A stretch of DNA of 63,509 nucleotides, filler included, from 10 parts of 10 records of this genome joined end to end with filler, not necessarily neighbours in it; one strand, 5' to 3'; numbered from the whole stretch's first letter, positions 40,309 through 50,740 are shown. Notes: generated by a model from the letters alone, not told the origin. A program made the numbers and translations.

Positions 40309-41135
40309 AAAAGAAAACAACCTTAACTTTTGTCATTCTAATTGTGTTTTCCTGCTTAATATTATTAAAAATACTAACAACACCTCACTCTAATTTGAAC
40401 CACTTTGCTTATAAAATGAGCACATCATACAAAAAGAACAAAGTGAATATTAATGACAGCTCTTCTGTATCAGGGACCGTCAGGCATGTTGATATAAAAA
40501 TGAAAAAGCATAAATTGTTAGTATATGGACCTTATAAAAAATTGGGAAAAGGACACTATAAAGCAGATTTCAAACTAAAAGCTACAAATATTAAGGAACG
40601 AGATAAACATATTGCCAAGATTGATATTTTTTCAAGAAGATCATACGCTTTAAAATATATTTCCGGCAAGGATATTTCTACCCCAAACAAGTATGAAACT
40701 TTTACACTTTATTTCTATCTGCCTGTAGAAACAGATAAGGTTGAGTTTAGAGTAAAATATATGGGAAATGCAGATCTTTATGTTGATACAATAGATGTAA
40801 AGAAGCTTGAGAAAGACCTCCAATATTCATCATTAAATGAATTCAGTTATAAACAGCAAAAGTACCGTGACCTTTCAAAGTATCCAGGCATTGAATGCAT
40901 CTGGAATGGATACTTCAGTAATGCACAGTATATTTTTGACTGGATTGCCCCAGATGGAAAAGTAGTTTTTTCCAATCATATTCTTGAAATAACGTTTTCT
41001 GAAAACAAATGGTACCCTTATCTAGGACCCCTGCCTTTTAAAAAAGGAAAATGGAAGATCAAGGCAAGAAAAATATCTCATCAGACACAAGATCCAGATC
41101 TGGAAATTGGCACCACGTTTTTCACTGTTGAATAG
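40305..41135 (+). CDS. Hypothetical membrane-anchored protein with beta-rich domain(s)
   Basis: N-terminal TM helix; YGPYKKLGKGHYKADFKLK...VEFRV resembles beta-sandwich modules attached to GT-C proteins (inference). Confidence 0.6.
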   Translation: MKKKTTLTFVILIVFSCLILLKILTTPHSNLNHFAYKMSTSYKKNKVNINDSSSVSGTVRHVDIKMKKHKLLVYGPYKKLGKGHYKADFKLKATNIKERDKHIAKIDIFSRRSYALKYISGKDISTPNKYETFTLYFYLPVETDKVEFRVKYMGNADLYVDTIDVKKLEKDLQYSSLNEFSYKQQKYRDLSKYPGIECIWNGYFSNAQYIFDWIAPDGKVVFSNHILEITFSENKWYPYLGPLPFKKGKWKIKARKISHQTQDPDLEIGTTFFTVE

Positions 41136-42888
41136 TCTTTTTTTTGAAAAGAACTATCCAATATGATTCTGTTCTTCTCCAGAAATTGTCTAAAACATAC
41201 CTTTCTTGAAAGCGATGGTCTTTATATAATCCAAAATAATACTTGTTATATTTTAACGATGGAGAAAAGAATCTCGTTATTTCTGGAACATCCTCTTCTT
41301 TGACAGTTAATTCACTGTCAAATTTAGACCACTTCACGTTTTTATTTCGAAAGTAATTTCTATTTAAAGTATAAAGCGCATGAGACATGTTGTTTCCATC
41401 AATTTTAGGAGAATACGCAATAAATGCCACCCAGGCGGGATCGACATTATTAAAAACATGATCCTTGAACTTTTTTGAGAAGCTTCTCAGTTGCTTTCTT
41501 CCTTCCGGAGTTGAAAGCTTTGAACCTTTAAGAAAAGGGTTGTAATTTATTTTATGGAGTTCCTTTCCCATCCAAGGGTTAACAATTCCAATCGTATCAA
41601 AGAATTTCACGTTCTCAGCAACATAAGGAGTTGCTCCCATATCCTGAAACACAACAACATCATCAGTCTTAGCATTGGATTTTAAATACTCGCCACAAGC
41701 TTGATGCGATTTTTCAGATTTTTCTATATAACTTCCAAGATACTCATTACTTCTTGAATGCGAAACACTAATCATATAAATTGAAACAGGAACAACTAAA
41801 AGTCCTGGCATCATATCTGAGAACTTTTTCACATACGGAATTCTATCGGATATAACCTTAATTGACCTAACAGACAGTATTGCCAAGAATGGTAGAGCTG
41901 GAAGAAATAGTCTATAAAGGATCATGCTGTCCTTGCCAATCTTTATATGATAAGCAAGAAAAGAAAAGACTATGACAAAACTCAAAAAGTAAACTGCTCT
42001 CTTCTTTTTAATTTCTGCAAATAGACCCAAGAATGCAGTTATTATTAAAAGCCAGTTTAGGTTAAAAGAAAGAAGTCCTTTCATGTACCGATAAGAAACA
42101 CCAGAGATACTAAAACCGTTCTTAAAACTAATTTTCAAAACATCACTTAACAAAGGGGACCCTTTCACTAGATATGTATTAGGGTAAATACTTCCAAAGT
42201 AAACGAATCGAAATAGATGGTACGATCCGAGGATAAAAAAAGGAATCGCTGCCCAGATAACATCCCCGGAAACAATTCTCTTTCTTTTAATTATCGGGAA
42301 CATCCTAAAGAAAAAAGCAAACACTATTAACAAATGAGCTTCTGGTCTGGTCATGCAGGCTAAAGACAAAAACAATGCCGAAAGCCAGTCGGATCTCTTG
42401 CAGTCCCTACTATCTCTGAATTTAAATAGGAAGTAAGAACCACCAGTTATAAGAAAAAGAAAGAATGCATTCTCAAGTCCGGACATAGACCACAGCGCAA
42501 ACGAGGTACTTGATGCTAAAAGTAGAGCACTCCATAAAGATCCTATTCCCCATTTCTCTTTATCTGTATAAAAAGAATGAGTCATTTTATTAACATAGTA
42601 AACAGCTCCAATAGCAAACCCAAAAGAAAGAATCTTTGCTGTTATAAGCTGATCTAAATTGAGGATTGGAGGAATAGACATCAATATCATCCAGAGAAAG
42701 TTGGTGTATCCTTCCAATTTTTCACCCTGGTTAAAAGCGATCTCTCCGAACTTTATAAGATTATTAGAATATCTAAAAGTTATATATGCATCATCCTTTA
42801 CATATCCTAAAAACGGCAAGATAGAAAAAGAAAAAACTGTAAAAGGAATAAAGAACGACATTCCTTTTAGAACTTTTTTCCAATTCAT
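41122..42888 (-). CDS. GT-C-fold polytopic membrane glycosyltransferase-like protein (AftB-like N-terminus)
   Basis: KDDAYITFRYSNNL...FNQGEKLEGYTNFLW, SGLE, TRPE motifs; many TM segments. Confidence 0.7.
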   Translation of the reverse strand: MNWKKVLKGMSFFIPFTVFSFSILPFLGYVKDDAYITFRYSNNLIKFGEIAFNQGEKLEGYTNFLWMILMSIPPILNLDQLITAKILSFGFAIGAVYYVNKMTHSFYTDKEKWGIGSLWSALLLASSTSFALWSMSGLENAFFLFLITGGSYFLFKFRDSRDCKRSDWLSALFLSLACMTRPEAHLLIVFAFFFRMFPIIKRKRIVSGDVIWAAIPFFILGSYHLFRFVYFGSIYPNTYLVKGSPLLSDVLKISFKNGFSISGVSYRYMKGLLSFNLNWLLIITAFLGLFAEIKKKRAVYFLSFVIVFSFLAYHIKIGKDSMILYRLFLPALPFLAILSVRSIKVISDRIPYVKKFSDMMPGLLVVPVSIYMISVSHSRSNEYLGSYIEKSEKSHQACGEYLKSNAKTDDVVVFQDMGATPYVAENVKFFDTIGIVNPWMGKELHKINYNPFLKGSKLSTPEGRKQLRSFSKKFKDHVFNNVDPAWVAFIAYSPKIDGNNMSHALYTLNRNYFRNKNVKWSKFDSELTVKEEDVPEITRFFSPSLKYNKYYFGLYKDHRFQERYVLDNFWRRTESYWIVLFKKKTIQQ

Positions 42889-42890
42889 TA

Positions 42891-43142
42891 TTACTCCTGA
42901 CCTTTTATGAACTCAGCCATTGTCTTTACTGAATAAAGCACTTTTTTACCCTGTTCACTTTCTGTTATTTTATGACCATACTCTCTTTCAAGAAGAACGA
43001 TAAGTGAAAGCGCATCAATAGAATCAAGTCCAAGTCCTTCACCAAAAAGAGGCTCATCTGCTTCTATCTCATCAGCTTCCATGTCTTCAAGGTTAAGCTC
43101 TTCAATGATCTGGTCTTTAAGTTTTGCAATAAGCTTTTCCAT
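42891..43142 (-). CDS. Acyl carrier protein (aryl polyene/flexirubin type)
   Basis: PLFGEGLGLDSIDAL phosphopantetheinylation motif. Confidence 0.93.
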   Translation of the reverse strand: MEKLIAKLKDQIIEELNLEDMEADEIEADEPLFGEGLGLDSIDALSLIVLLEREYGHKITESEQGKKVLYSVKTMAEFIKGQE

Positions 43143-43174
43143 TTTTGTCTCCTAACTAACTGTTATCAATAAAA

Positions 43175-43735
43175 TTAAGTTCTTTCTCCAAAAAAAAGAT
43201 ATGCTTTAAAATCATTCTCATCTTTGTAATCCACATATCCAAAAAGTATGTTTTTAAAATCCATCTGATCAGAAATATCTGCAAAAAGTTCTTCATCATA
43301 ATTATCACAGGCAACAAAAAGGGTTTCACCTTTTATGTCATTTCTAATGGATATCTCACCGATCATTACATTTGGTAGCGTATAAACAAAAAATGCAGGA
43401 TTAGGAAAGTAATTTCCGTCCTGAATTGTCTCATTATATTTTCGGTCCACATTTTCAGTAGAGTTCTTATTTCCAAGAAGTATTGCAGTATCATCTTCAT
43501 GTATCGTCACTTTTTCATCAGCAATGATCAACTCACTAGCAAGGAAAGCAAGCTTTGAAAGCATGTCCATTTTGTAGAATTTGGGATACTTCAGACCTAG
43601 AAATGAGTAGATCTCTTTAAATTGTTTTGAAGTTCCAGTCTCATTTTCAGTTTTTAGAACAGTTTTTCCGTCAACAATGATCTCATTATTTTTTATCTTG
43701 CAGTTTTTTATGATCTTAAGTCCCATATCATCCAT
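43175..43735 (-). CDS. Non-catalytic ketosynthase-like / chain-length-factor-like protein
   Basis: YPKFYKMDMLSKLAFL, PAFFVYTLPN.MIGEISIR; short, with no catalytic Cys motif. Confidence 0.75.
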   Translation of the reverse strand: MDDMGLKIIKNCKIKNNEIIVDGKTVLKTENETGTSKQFKEIYSFLGLKYPKFYKMDMLSKLAFLASELIIADEKVTIHEDDTAILLGNKNSTENVDRKYNETIQDGNYFPNPAFFVYTLPNVMIGEISIRNDIKGETLFVACDNYDEELFADISDQMDFKNILFGYVDYKDENDFKAYLFFGERT

Positions 43736-44858
43736 CCTTTTTTATCACAAGTGCACAGTTACATCCGCCAAAACCTGATGCAGTTTTTAAAAAGCCTTTG
43801 AGCTCATCGCTTTTGTAATTCTCTTTAAGCACATTTATATCTTTGCTCACCCCATGATCGCAGTATCCAAGAGTGGCAGGCACAACACCTCTTTTCAGTG
43901 CTTCAACAGAAAATGCTACCTCCGTAAGTCCCGCAGCTCCAAGAGTGTGTCCAAGATACGGTTTCAAACTAAAGGCAGGCACACTGTTAAGTTGCGCTCT
44001 ATCAAAACCGATCGCTTCCATTTCATCGTTAAAAACGGTTGCAGTTCCGTGCGCTGAAATAAAACTTACATCGCTTCTGTTACCATCGATCGCCTTTTTT
44101 ATTGATCTGTAAAGCCCTTCTGCAGTTCTTGACGGTCCTGAAATATGATTTGCGTCACTACAAAATGCTCCACCGGCATATACAACAGGATCTGAACCTG
44201 CAACCTCAGCTTTATTTGAAAGAATTACCGTTGAAGCACATTCTCCAAGGTTGATCCCGTCCCTTTTCTCATCAAAGGGAATACACCTTGAGCTTCCAAT
44301 TGCCTTAAGAGTTTGAAATCCACTCACAACAAATTCAGAAAGAGCATCACCACCGCAAACTACAACAGAATCGAACTTCCCACTCTTTATCATCCTTGCG
44401 CCGACAATTATTCCAAGAGCTCCTGAGATGCATGCATTTGAAATAACCATAGGCTTTGTGAAAAACCCAAATTTTTCAGCAAGAACTTGTGCGCTGCTAA
44501 AAAGTTCCAATTTCGATGTTTCTAGATTTTCTGAACCATCAATTATTCCGACATTTCCTTTTGTAGTTGTAAGTATAAAACCTGTTCTGTCATCTATCGG
44601 GATCCCGGAATTGTCCACTGCATCCTGCAACGATCTAAAGCACATCTTTTCAAAGCGGCTCATACTTACCGGCACATCTTTTTCAAGTTTTTCACGCTGA
44701 TCCTTTGAAAAAACAGATAGGTAAGCAGGGTTTTTGCAGACTTCTTTTTCTTCAACAAGTCTCACACTGCTCTTTCCATCAATTGCGTTATTGTAATTTT
44801 GCTTCGTTGTTTCTCCAAGCGGAGAAAAAATATTGGTTCCTGCTACAAAGATCTTCAT
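43728..44858 (-). CDS. Beta-ketoacyl-ACP synthase
   Basis: ISNACISG catalytic Cys, SAHGTAT and GHTLGAAG His motifs, SGFGG; ATGA overlap with the thioesterase gene. Confidence 0.92.
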   Translation of the reverse strand: MKIFVAGTNIFSPLGETTKQNYNNAIDGKSSVRLVEEKEVCKNPAYLSVFSKDQREKLEKDVPVSMSRFEKMCFRSLQDAVDNSGIPIDDRTGFILTTTKGNVGIIDGSENLETSKLELFSSAQVLAEKFGFFTKPMVISNACISGALGIIVGARMIKSGKFDSVVVCGGDALSEFVVSGFQTLKAIGSSRCIPFDEKRDGINLGECASTVILSNKAEVAGSDPVVYAGGAFCSDANHISGPSRTAEGLYRSIKKAIDGNRSDVSFISAHGTATVFNDEMEAIGFDRAQLNSVPAFSLKPYLGHTLGAAGLTEVAFSVEALKRGVVPATLGYCDHGVSKDINVLKENYKSDELKGFLKTASGFGGCNCALVIKKDG

Positions 44859-45292
44859 AGTCCCTGCTCTTTTTTCCATTTACTAAAAAATTCCGGCATT
44901 GTCAGTTCAAGCTCTCTGGTTTTTGCATCGATGAAAACTTGCGTTGTCTGTGCTGTTATAACAGTTGCTCCTGTCCTATCATTGATGATCTTGTAGTTAA
45001 AGCTTATCTTTGCGGCCGGGCTGTCAACAAAAGTTATCTCAACAGTTGCTGTATCCTCATAAAGAAGAGGGCTAAGATACTTTATATCCATTTTCACAAC
45101 AGGAGTCATGAAACCGGCTTTATAAACTGACATATAGTCAAGCCCGTGTTTAATTCCAAAATCTTCGCGACCATCCTCAAGATATTTAACATAGCTTCCA
45201 TGCCAGACGATCGCCATGGCATCAACTTCGCTAAATCTCACTCTTATTTTTGCCTGTGCTTTTAACGTTTTCATTTTCTCCTCAGTCAACAA
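44855..45292 (-). CDS. Acyl-CoA/ACP thioesterase (YbgC/4HBT hotdog family)
   Basis: VRFSEVDAMAIVWHGSYVKYLEDGRE motif. Confidence 0.9.
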   Translation of the reverse strand: MLTEEKMKTLKAQAKIRVRFSEVDAMAIVWHGSYVKYLEDGREDFGIKHGLDYMSVYKAGFMTPVVKMDIKYLSPLLYEDTATVEITFVDSPAAKISFNYKIINDRTGATVITAQTTQVFIDAKTRELELTMPEFFSKWKKEQGL

Positions 45293-45604
45293 GAAATATC
45301 TTCATACCGCAGCTTGCGATAGTTTCATTATTGTTTTCAACTTTGCAGCTCACAACCGTTACGTTCATGATCTTATGCTCGATCTGGACTGTTGTTCTTA
45401 GTGTTGAACCGATCTTCGGGCGTGAAAAGACCTTTAACTTGCTGATAGCTCCAATAAAGCCAAGCTTAACCTCACCATCATTCTTTAAAAGTTCATAACC
45501 CGCGCCTGCTGCAGCTGTCTGAGCCATATTTTCAGCTAGTCCTGCTTCCAGAAGAGTTCCTTCGCTCACCAGAACATGACCTTCCTTCACTTCAAATTCC
45601 GTAG
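45282..45604 (-). CDS. 3-hydroxyacyl-ACP dehydratase, hotdog fold (5' truncated)
   Basis: GLAENMAQTAAAGAGY...GFIGAI motif. Confidence 0.8.
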
Positions 45605-45704
45605 NNNNNNNNNNNNNNNNNNNNNNNNNNNNNNNNNNNNNNNNNNNNTTAATTAATTAANNNNNNNNNNNNNNNNNNNNNNNNNNNNNNNNNNNNNNNN
45701 NNNN
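45605..45704. other. Artificial contig spacer 7
   Basis: 44N-TTAATTAATTAA-44N. Confidence 0.98.
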
Positions 45705-45780
45705 TAGAATATTTTTTAGAACAATTCAAAATTGGATCATTTTTGAATTAAAAAAAATATAGAATTAATAGGAGGAAAAA

Positions 45781-46206
45781 TTGAGAAAACTAATTGGTAA
45801 AAGAATAAAAATTGATCGTGATAAATGTGTAAGTTGCCTGACATGTATAAGTGCGTGTTTGGTAGAGAAAAGCTCTGATGAATCTAGAAACAGAGTCGTT
45901 ATGAGTAGTAATATGAAAGCTACTCCGATATTTTGCAGACATTGTGACCACCCTGAATGTGTGTATACATGTATGAGTGGTGCAATGAGAAAAGACCCTG
46001 TTACTGGACTTGTTGAATATGATAAAGAAAAATGCGCCAGTTGTTATATGTGTATAATGGGCTGTCCATTTGGAGTATTAAAAGAGGATGATAGAACGAG
46101 ACAAGAGATATTAAAATGTGATCTTTGTAAAGATAAAGAGACTGGTCCAAACTGTGTAGCAAAATGCCCAATGGGAGCTATAACAGTTGAGGAGGTAGAG
46201 AGATAA
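45781..46206 (+). CDS. Multi-[4Fe-4S] electron-transfer protein (HydN/CooF/DmsB-like)
   Basis: CVSCLTCISAC, CRHCDHPECVYTC, CASCYMCIMGCP, KCDLC...CVAKCP; TTG start with AGGAGG RBS. Confidence 0.92.
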   Translation: MRKLIGKRIKIDRDKCVSCLTCISACLVEKSSDESRNRVVMSSNMKATPIFCRHCDHPECVYTCMSGAMRKDPVTGLVEYDKEKCASCYMCIMGCPFGVLKEDDRTRQEILKCDLCKDKETGPNCVAKCPMGAITVEEVER

Positions 46207-47456
46207 TGAGATATGTAGTAATAGGAGCATCAGCTGCCGGTATAAACGGAGCTGAAAATTTGAGAAGATTAGATGAAAATGCTGAAATTACAGTAATTTC
46301 AAAAGATGATAAAGTGTATTCCAGATGTATAATTCATCATTATATATCAGGAGCGAGAACGAAAGAGGGAATCAATTTTGTAGATCAGGATTTCTTTGGA
46401 AAAAATAATATTAACTGGATAAAAGGAAAAGCTGTTATAAAATTAAATGAGAATAATAAAAAAGTAATTTTAGATGATGCTCAAGAAGTCTCATATGATA
46501 AATTATTAATTGCAAGTGGTTCAAGACCATTTATTCCTTCAATTGAAAATTTACGAGAGGGAAAAAATGTAGTAGGTCTCAGAACCCTTGATGATTGTGA
46601 TAGAATAATAGAGTTAGCCAAAGAAGCGAAAAATATATCAGTAATCGGAGCGGGCCTAATAGGTATGGATGCTGTAACAGGTCTACTTCACTCAGAGGAG
46701 ATAAAAGCTAAATTATCAATTATTGAAACTAATGATAGATTGCTGCCTACTCAGCTTGATAAAAAAGCATCAGAAACATATGAGAATCAATTAAAATCTC
46801 AAAATGTAGATATATATTTGAAGAGTTTTGTAGAGTCTGCAATATTAAATGAGAATAAAGAAGTAACTTCTCTTAAATTAAAAGATGGAAGAGAAGTATC
46901 AGCTGATCTTGTAATTGTAGCTACAGGTGTAAGGTCAAACGTGGAATTTCTGGAAGGAACTAATGTTGAACTAAGTAAATTCGGACTAAAATTTAATGCA
47001 AAAGGTGAAACAAGCGTAAAAGATATCTACGGAGCAGGAGATGTTAGCGGAGTGGCTCCAATATGGCCGATCGCTGTAAAAGAGGGAATTATTGCTACTA
47101 CCAACATGACTGGTGATGATTGTGAAATGACAGACTTTTTTGCATCAAAGGCAACTATGAATTTCTTTAACATTCCTACTTTATCACTAGGTGATTCAAC
47201 TAAAACTTCTGAATATTATGAAAAAGAGGGATATGAAGTTGAAATAGATGAAAATCAAGATGGAAAATACAAAAAAATAATACATAAAGATGGAATTATC
47301 TATGGTGCCATTGTTCAGGGAGATCTGTCGTATGCAGGAATTCTGACTCAGTTAATAAGAGCAAAAATAGATGTGTCAAAAGTAAAAAAATCTTTATTTA
47401 AAATTGATTATTCTGACTTCTTTAAAACAGGGCTTAAATATGAGTTTGTGTATTAG
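46206..47456 (+). CDS. NAD(P)/FAD-dependent oxidoreductase (NirB/NADH-oxidase-like)
   Basis: IGASAAG, YDKLLIASGS, VIGAGLIG, IYGAGD motifs. Confidence 0.9.
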   Translation: MRYVVIGASAAGINGAENLRRLDENAEITVISKDDKVYSRCIIHHYISGARTKEGINFVDQDFFGKNNINWIKGKAVIKLNENNKKVILDDAQEVSYDKLLIASGSRPFIPSIENLREGKNVVGLRTLDDCDRIIELAKEAKNISVIGAGLIGMDAVTGLLHSEEIKAKLSIIETNDRLLPTQLDKKASETYENQLKSQNVDIYLKSFVESAILNENKEVTSLKLKDGREVSADLVIVATGVRSNVEFLEGTNVELSKFGLKFNAKGETSVKDIYGAGDVSGVAPIWPIAVKEGIIATTNMTGDDCEMTDFFASKATMNFFNIPTLSLGDSTKTSEYYEKEGYEVEIDENQDGKYKKIIHKDGIIYGAIVQGDLSYAGILTQLIRAKIDVSKVKKSLFKIDYSDFFKTGLKYEFVY

Positions 47457-47473
47457 TTAATGAAAGTAGTAAG

Positions 47474-48700
47474 GTGATAAATTTGATAGGAATTGAGCTT
47501 GAAGAAGCTGTAGAACTGCTTATAAAAAATTGTAATAAAATAAAAGATATAGTTAGAGTAGATATACTGGAATCAGAAGGGCATATATTAGCTGATGATA
47601 TTGTAGCAGGGATAAATAATCCTCCTTTTAACAGATCTCCGCTAGATGGTTTTAGCTTTGATTATCAAATAACAAAAGGTGCAGCTGAAAATAATCCTGT
47701 CATAGTAAATGTAGAATCAGAAGTTATGGCAGGAGATTATCTGGAGAAAATATCGTCATCTCAAAATGCAGTAAGAATAATGACCGGAGCTCCAATTCCA
47801 GCTGGTTGTAATGCTGTAATCAGGCAGGAAGATGTAGTTTATGATGAAGAAAGCAAAAAAGTAAAAATATTTAAAGAACTTCAGGAATACGAAAATTTTT
47901 GTTTCGAAGGAGAAGATTATAAAATAGGAGATATTTTATTGAGAGTAGGAGAGAGGCTAAGTCCCGCTCATATTGGAGTATTAGCTTCCCTTGGTAAAAC
48001 AAAGGTAAAAGTTTTTCGGAAACCAATAGTAGGATTACTCTGCACAGGTGATGAGATAGTTTTGCCCGGACGGGAGTTGAGTCCGGGAAAAATATATAAC
48101 AGTAATCTATATAGTTTAGCTTCAAAATTAAAAAAATGCGGAGTGAAAGTAAAAATATATCCACCGATAGATGATGATGTAGCAAAAGTAACGGAACTAA
48201 TAAAAAGCGAGATAAAAGAAATAGATATATTAATTACAACAGGAGGAGTTTCTGTAGGTAAAAAGGATATTTTGCATGATGTAATTAGAGAACTGCCTGC
48301 AGAAAGACTCTTTTGGAAGATTAATTTAAAACCAGGAACTCCTGTTTTAGCTTCACTTTATAAAAATAAACTTGTAATATCACTTTCCGGAAATCCTTTT
48401 GCAGCAATAATTAATTATGAATTACTTGTAAAACCTGTTCTTAATAAACTAAGTAACGGAATGGTATGTAATAATAGACAGATAAATGCTATACTGAAAG
48501 AAGAGTTTAGCAAAAAAAGTAATAAAAGAAGAGTTGTAAGAGCAAAATATGAAAATGGAAAAATCTCTTTTAATACTAATAAACACTCCTCGGGACAATT
48601 ATCATCTATGATTGGTAAAAATGCTTTAGTTGATATAGAAGCCGGATCACCACAACTTAAAAAGGGCGACAGTGTAAAGGTGTTGATTATAGGTGAATAG
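47474..48700 (+). CDS. moeA: Molybdopterin molybdenumtransferase
   Basis: PPFNRSPLDGF, RIMTGAPIP, TGDE, TTGGVSVG, KPGTP, LSGNP motifs. Confidence 0.95.
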   Translation: MINLIGIELEEAVELLIKNCNKIKDIVRVDILESEGHILADDIVAGINNPPFNRSPLDGFSFDYQITKGAAENNPVIVNVESEVMAGDYLEKISSSQNAVRIMTGAPIPAGCNAVIRQEDVVYDEESKKVKIFKELQEYENFCFEGEDYKIGDILLRVGERLSPAHIGVLASLGKTKVKVFRKPIVGLLCTGDEIVLPGRELSPGKIYNSNLYSLASKLKKCGVKVKIYPPIDDDVAKVTELIKSEIKEIDILITTGGVSVGKKDILHDVIRELPAERLFWKINLKPGTPVLASLYKNKLVISLSGNPFAAIINYELLVKPVLNKLSNGMVCNNRQINAILKEEFSKKSNKRRVVRAKYENGKISFNTNKHSSGQLSSMIGKNALVDIEAGSPQLKKGDSVKVLIIGE

Positions 48701-49817
48701 AAAAGCTGTTATACTTGCCGGAGGACTTGGGAAAAGAATGGGTACTTGTAATAAAGGTGATTTACTTTATACTTTTCAAAGTTTTCTGAATAGAATTATT
48801 GATCAATTATCAAATTTTGATGAAATAATTCTTTCTCTAAATAAAAATCAGTCAAGTAATATAAGAGATATAAAAGTAGTATATGATTCAATAGATGAAA
48901 TAGGACCAATGGGAGGTATGTTGAGAGGCTTTCGGGAGATTAAAAAAACATGTGATGATTCTCAATGGGTATTATTATTAGCGTGTGATTCACCGAATAT
49001 AACAGCCGAGTTCATAGATTACCTGTATGAGTTTATTTCAAGTGATTATGAAGCTATAATAACTAAAGGTATAGATGGTCAGGAGCATCCTTTGCTTGGT
49101 TTATATAAGCTTTCTGTACTGAAAGATATGGAGAGATTAGCGGTAGAAAAAAACTATAAAGTTTTTAATCTGCTGAAAAAATTAAGTGTGAAATATGTTG
49201 ATCTCAAATTTACAAAATTTAGTGATGAGATACTTAAAAATATTAATACTATACAAGATTATAAAGAATTACTAGAGGATAAAATACCTGTAATTGCTGT
49301 ATCGGGAATTAAAAACTCAGGTAAAACTACTTTGATCACTAAACTGATTAAAAAGTTTAATGAGAAAAATATAAGAGTAGGGACTTTGAAACATGATGGG
49401 CATGACTTCAATATGGATAATTTAGATAGTGATACTGATAAACATATCAAAGCAGGAGCAGCCAAAACGCTTATATTTTCTAAAACTAAGTTTATGTATC
49501 TTGAAAAAAATAAAGAGTCAGAAACAGAAAAAATAGAAACAGAAAAATTGGAAATAGAAAAGTATCTCAAATATTATGATAATTGTGATCTTGTAATTCT
49601 AGAAGGATTCAAAAAAACAACATATCCTAAAATAGAAATAGTTAGAAAAGCTACTTCAAATAAAAGGGTGGCGAATAAAGAAAATCTAATGTTTTATGCA
49701 AGTGATGTAGATGAGATATTAGCAGATGAAAGCTTAGATAGTATAGAGCTAGATAATTTAGATGAGATATTTAATAGAATTTATAATTATATGAAGGAGA
49801 AAAGATGTTTAATATAA
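48693..49817 (+). CDS. mobAB: Fused MobA (Moco guanylyltransferase)-MobB
   Basis: ILAGGLGKRMG, GPMGG, LACDSP, NINT (MobA); AVSGIKNSGKTT, LKHDGH, ILEGFK (MobB). Confidence 0.9.
   Translation: MNRKAVILAGGLGKRMGTCNKGDLLYTFQSFLNRIIDQLSNFDEIILSLNKNQSSNIRDIKVVYDSIDEIGPMGGMLRGFREIKKTCDDSQWVLLLACDSPNITAEFIDYLYEFISSDYEAIITKGIDGQEHPLLGLYKLSVLKDMERLAVEKNYKVFNLLKKLSVKYVDLKFTKFSDEILKNINTIQDYKELLEDKIPVIAVSGIKNSGKTTLITKLIKKFNEKNIRVGTLKHDGHDFNMDNLDSDTDKHIKAGAAKTLIFSKTKFMYLEKNKESETEKIETEKLEIEKYLKYYDNCDLVILEGFKKTTYPKIEIVRKATSNKRVANKENLMFYASDVDEILADESLDSIELDNLDEIFNRIYNYMKEKRCLI
49521..49565 (+). repeat. 3 x 15-nt in-frame tandem repeat in mobB
   Basis: GAAACAGAAAAAATA / GAAACAGAAAAATTG / GAAATAGAAAAGTAT encoding ETEKI-ETEKL-EIEKY. 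Confidence 0.7.
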
Positions 49818-50740
49818 CAGAAAGAGTAGAAAGAATGCCGGTTGGAGTCATTGCAACTGCTGTAGGTGCAGCGACTCTGGGAAATGTATATGCTGCTTTA
49901 GGTTTTTCCTATGTTAAGCATATGGTTATGTTCATGGGAATGTTTGTATTTGCTTTTGCAGCAATTAAGCTGACTATGCACAGAGAAACTTTTGTAAAAG
50001 AGTATGATAATACTATATTAGCCAGTTTATATGGTACATTCTCTATGTTAGCGATGATTTTGGGAGCGTATATATATCCTGTTTCAAATCTCGCAGGAAA
50101 ATCCTTATGGTTATTCGGGGTAATATTTCATAGTTTTTTGATATTAATATTTACATATAGAAATGTAATTAAAAATTTTAATTTAGATAAATTTGCCCCT
50201 AGCTGGTTTGTAACATATAACGGAATCCTGGTATCGGTAGTTATTGGTAAAAATATGGGAATGTATGAAGTGAAAAAAGTGATACTATATTATGGAATCG
50301 CTGTATTTCTGATTATTATTCCATTTATGATCAGAAGGTTAATTGTTAGGCCTTTACCGGATCAAATTTATCATGTGAAAGCCGTATTATTAGCACCTTC
50401 AAGTCTTTGCATTGTATCTTACTTAGAGCTTACAAAAGAGCCTAATTTAGCAGTGGTATCTGCACTATACGGAGTTGTATTTGTTACTTTACTTGTAATT
50501 TTATCCAGAATACCTAAATTTTTCAGTTTTAGTTTTCATCCCGGATTTGCAGGAACTACATTCCCAATGGCGATTGGTGTGGTGGCTTCGTTAAAGACAG
50601 CGGGATATCTTAGTAAAATAGGAATGCCTCTGGCTGGAGATATGGTGAGAAATATTGCAGGAATACAAATATTCGTTACAACCGGAATAATTATATTTGT
50701 TTATTATAATTTTTTGAAAAAAGCTGCAAGAGTAAATTAA
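49805..50740 (+). CDS. TDT (TehA/SLAC1/C4-dicarboxylate) family transporter
   Basis: About 10 TM segments; PSWFV..GI and FAGTTFPMAI motifs. Confidence 0.82.
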   Translation: MFNITERVERMPVGVIATAVGAATLGNVYAALGFSYVKHMVMFMGMFVFAFAAIKLTMHRETFVKEYDNTILASLYGTFSMLAMILGAYIYPVSNLAGKSLWLFGVIFHSFLILIFTYRNVIKNFNLDKFAPSWFVTYNGILVSVVIGKNMGMYEVKKVILYYGIAVFLIIIPFMIRRLIVRPLPDQIYHVKAVLLAPSSLCIVSYLELTKEPNLAVVSALYGVVFVTLLVILSRIPKFFSFSFHPGFAGTTFPMAIGVVASLKTAGYLSKIGMPLAGDMVRNIAGIQIFVTTGIIIFVYYNFLKKAARVN

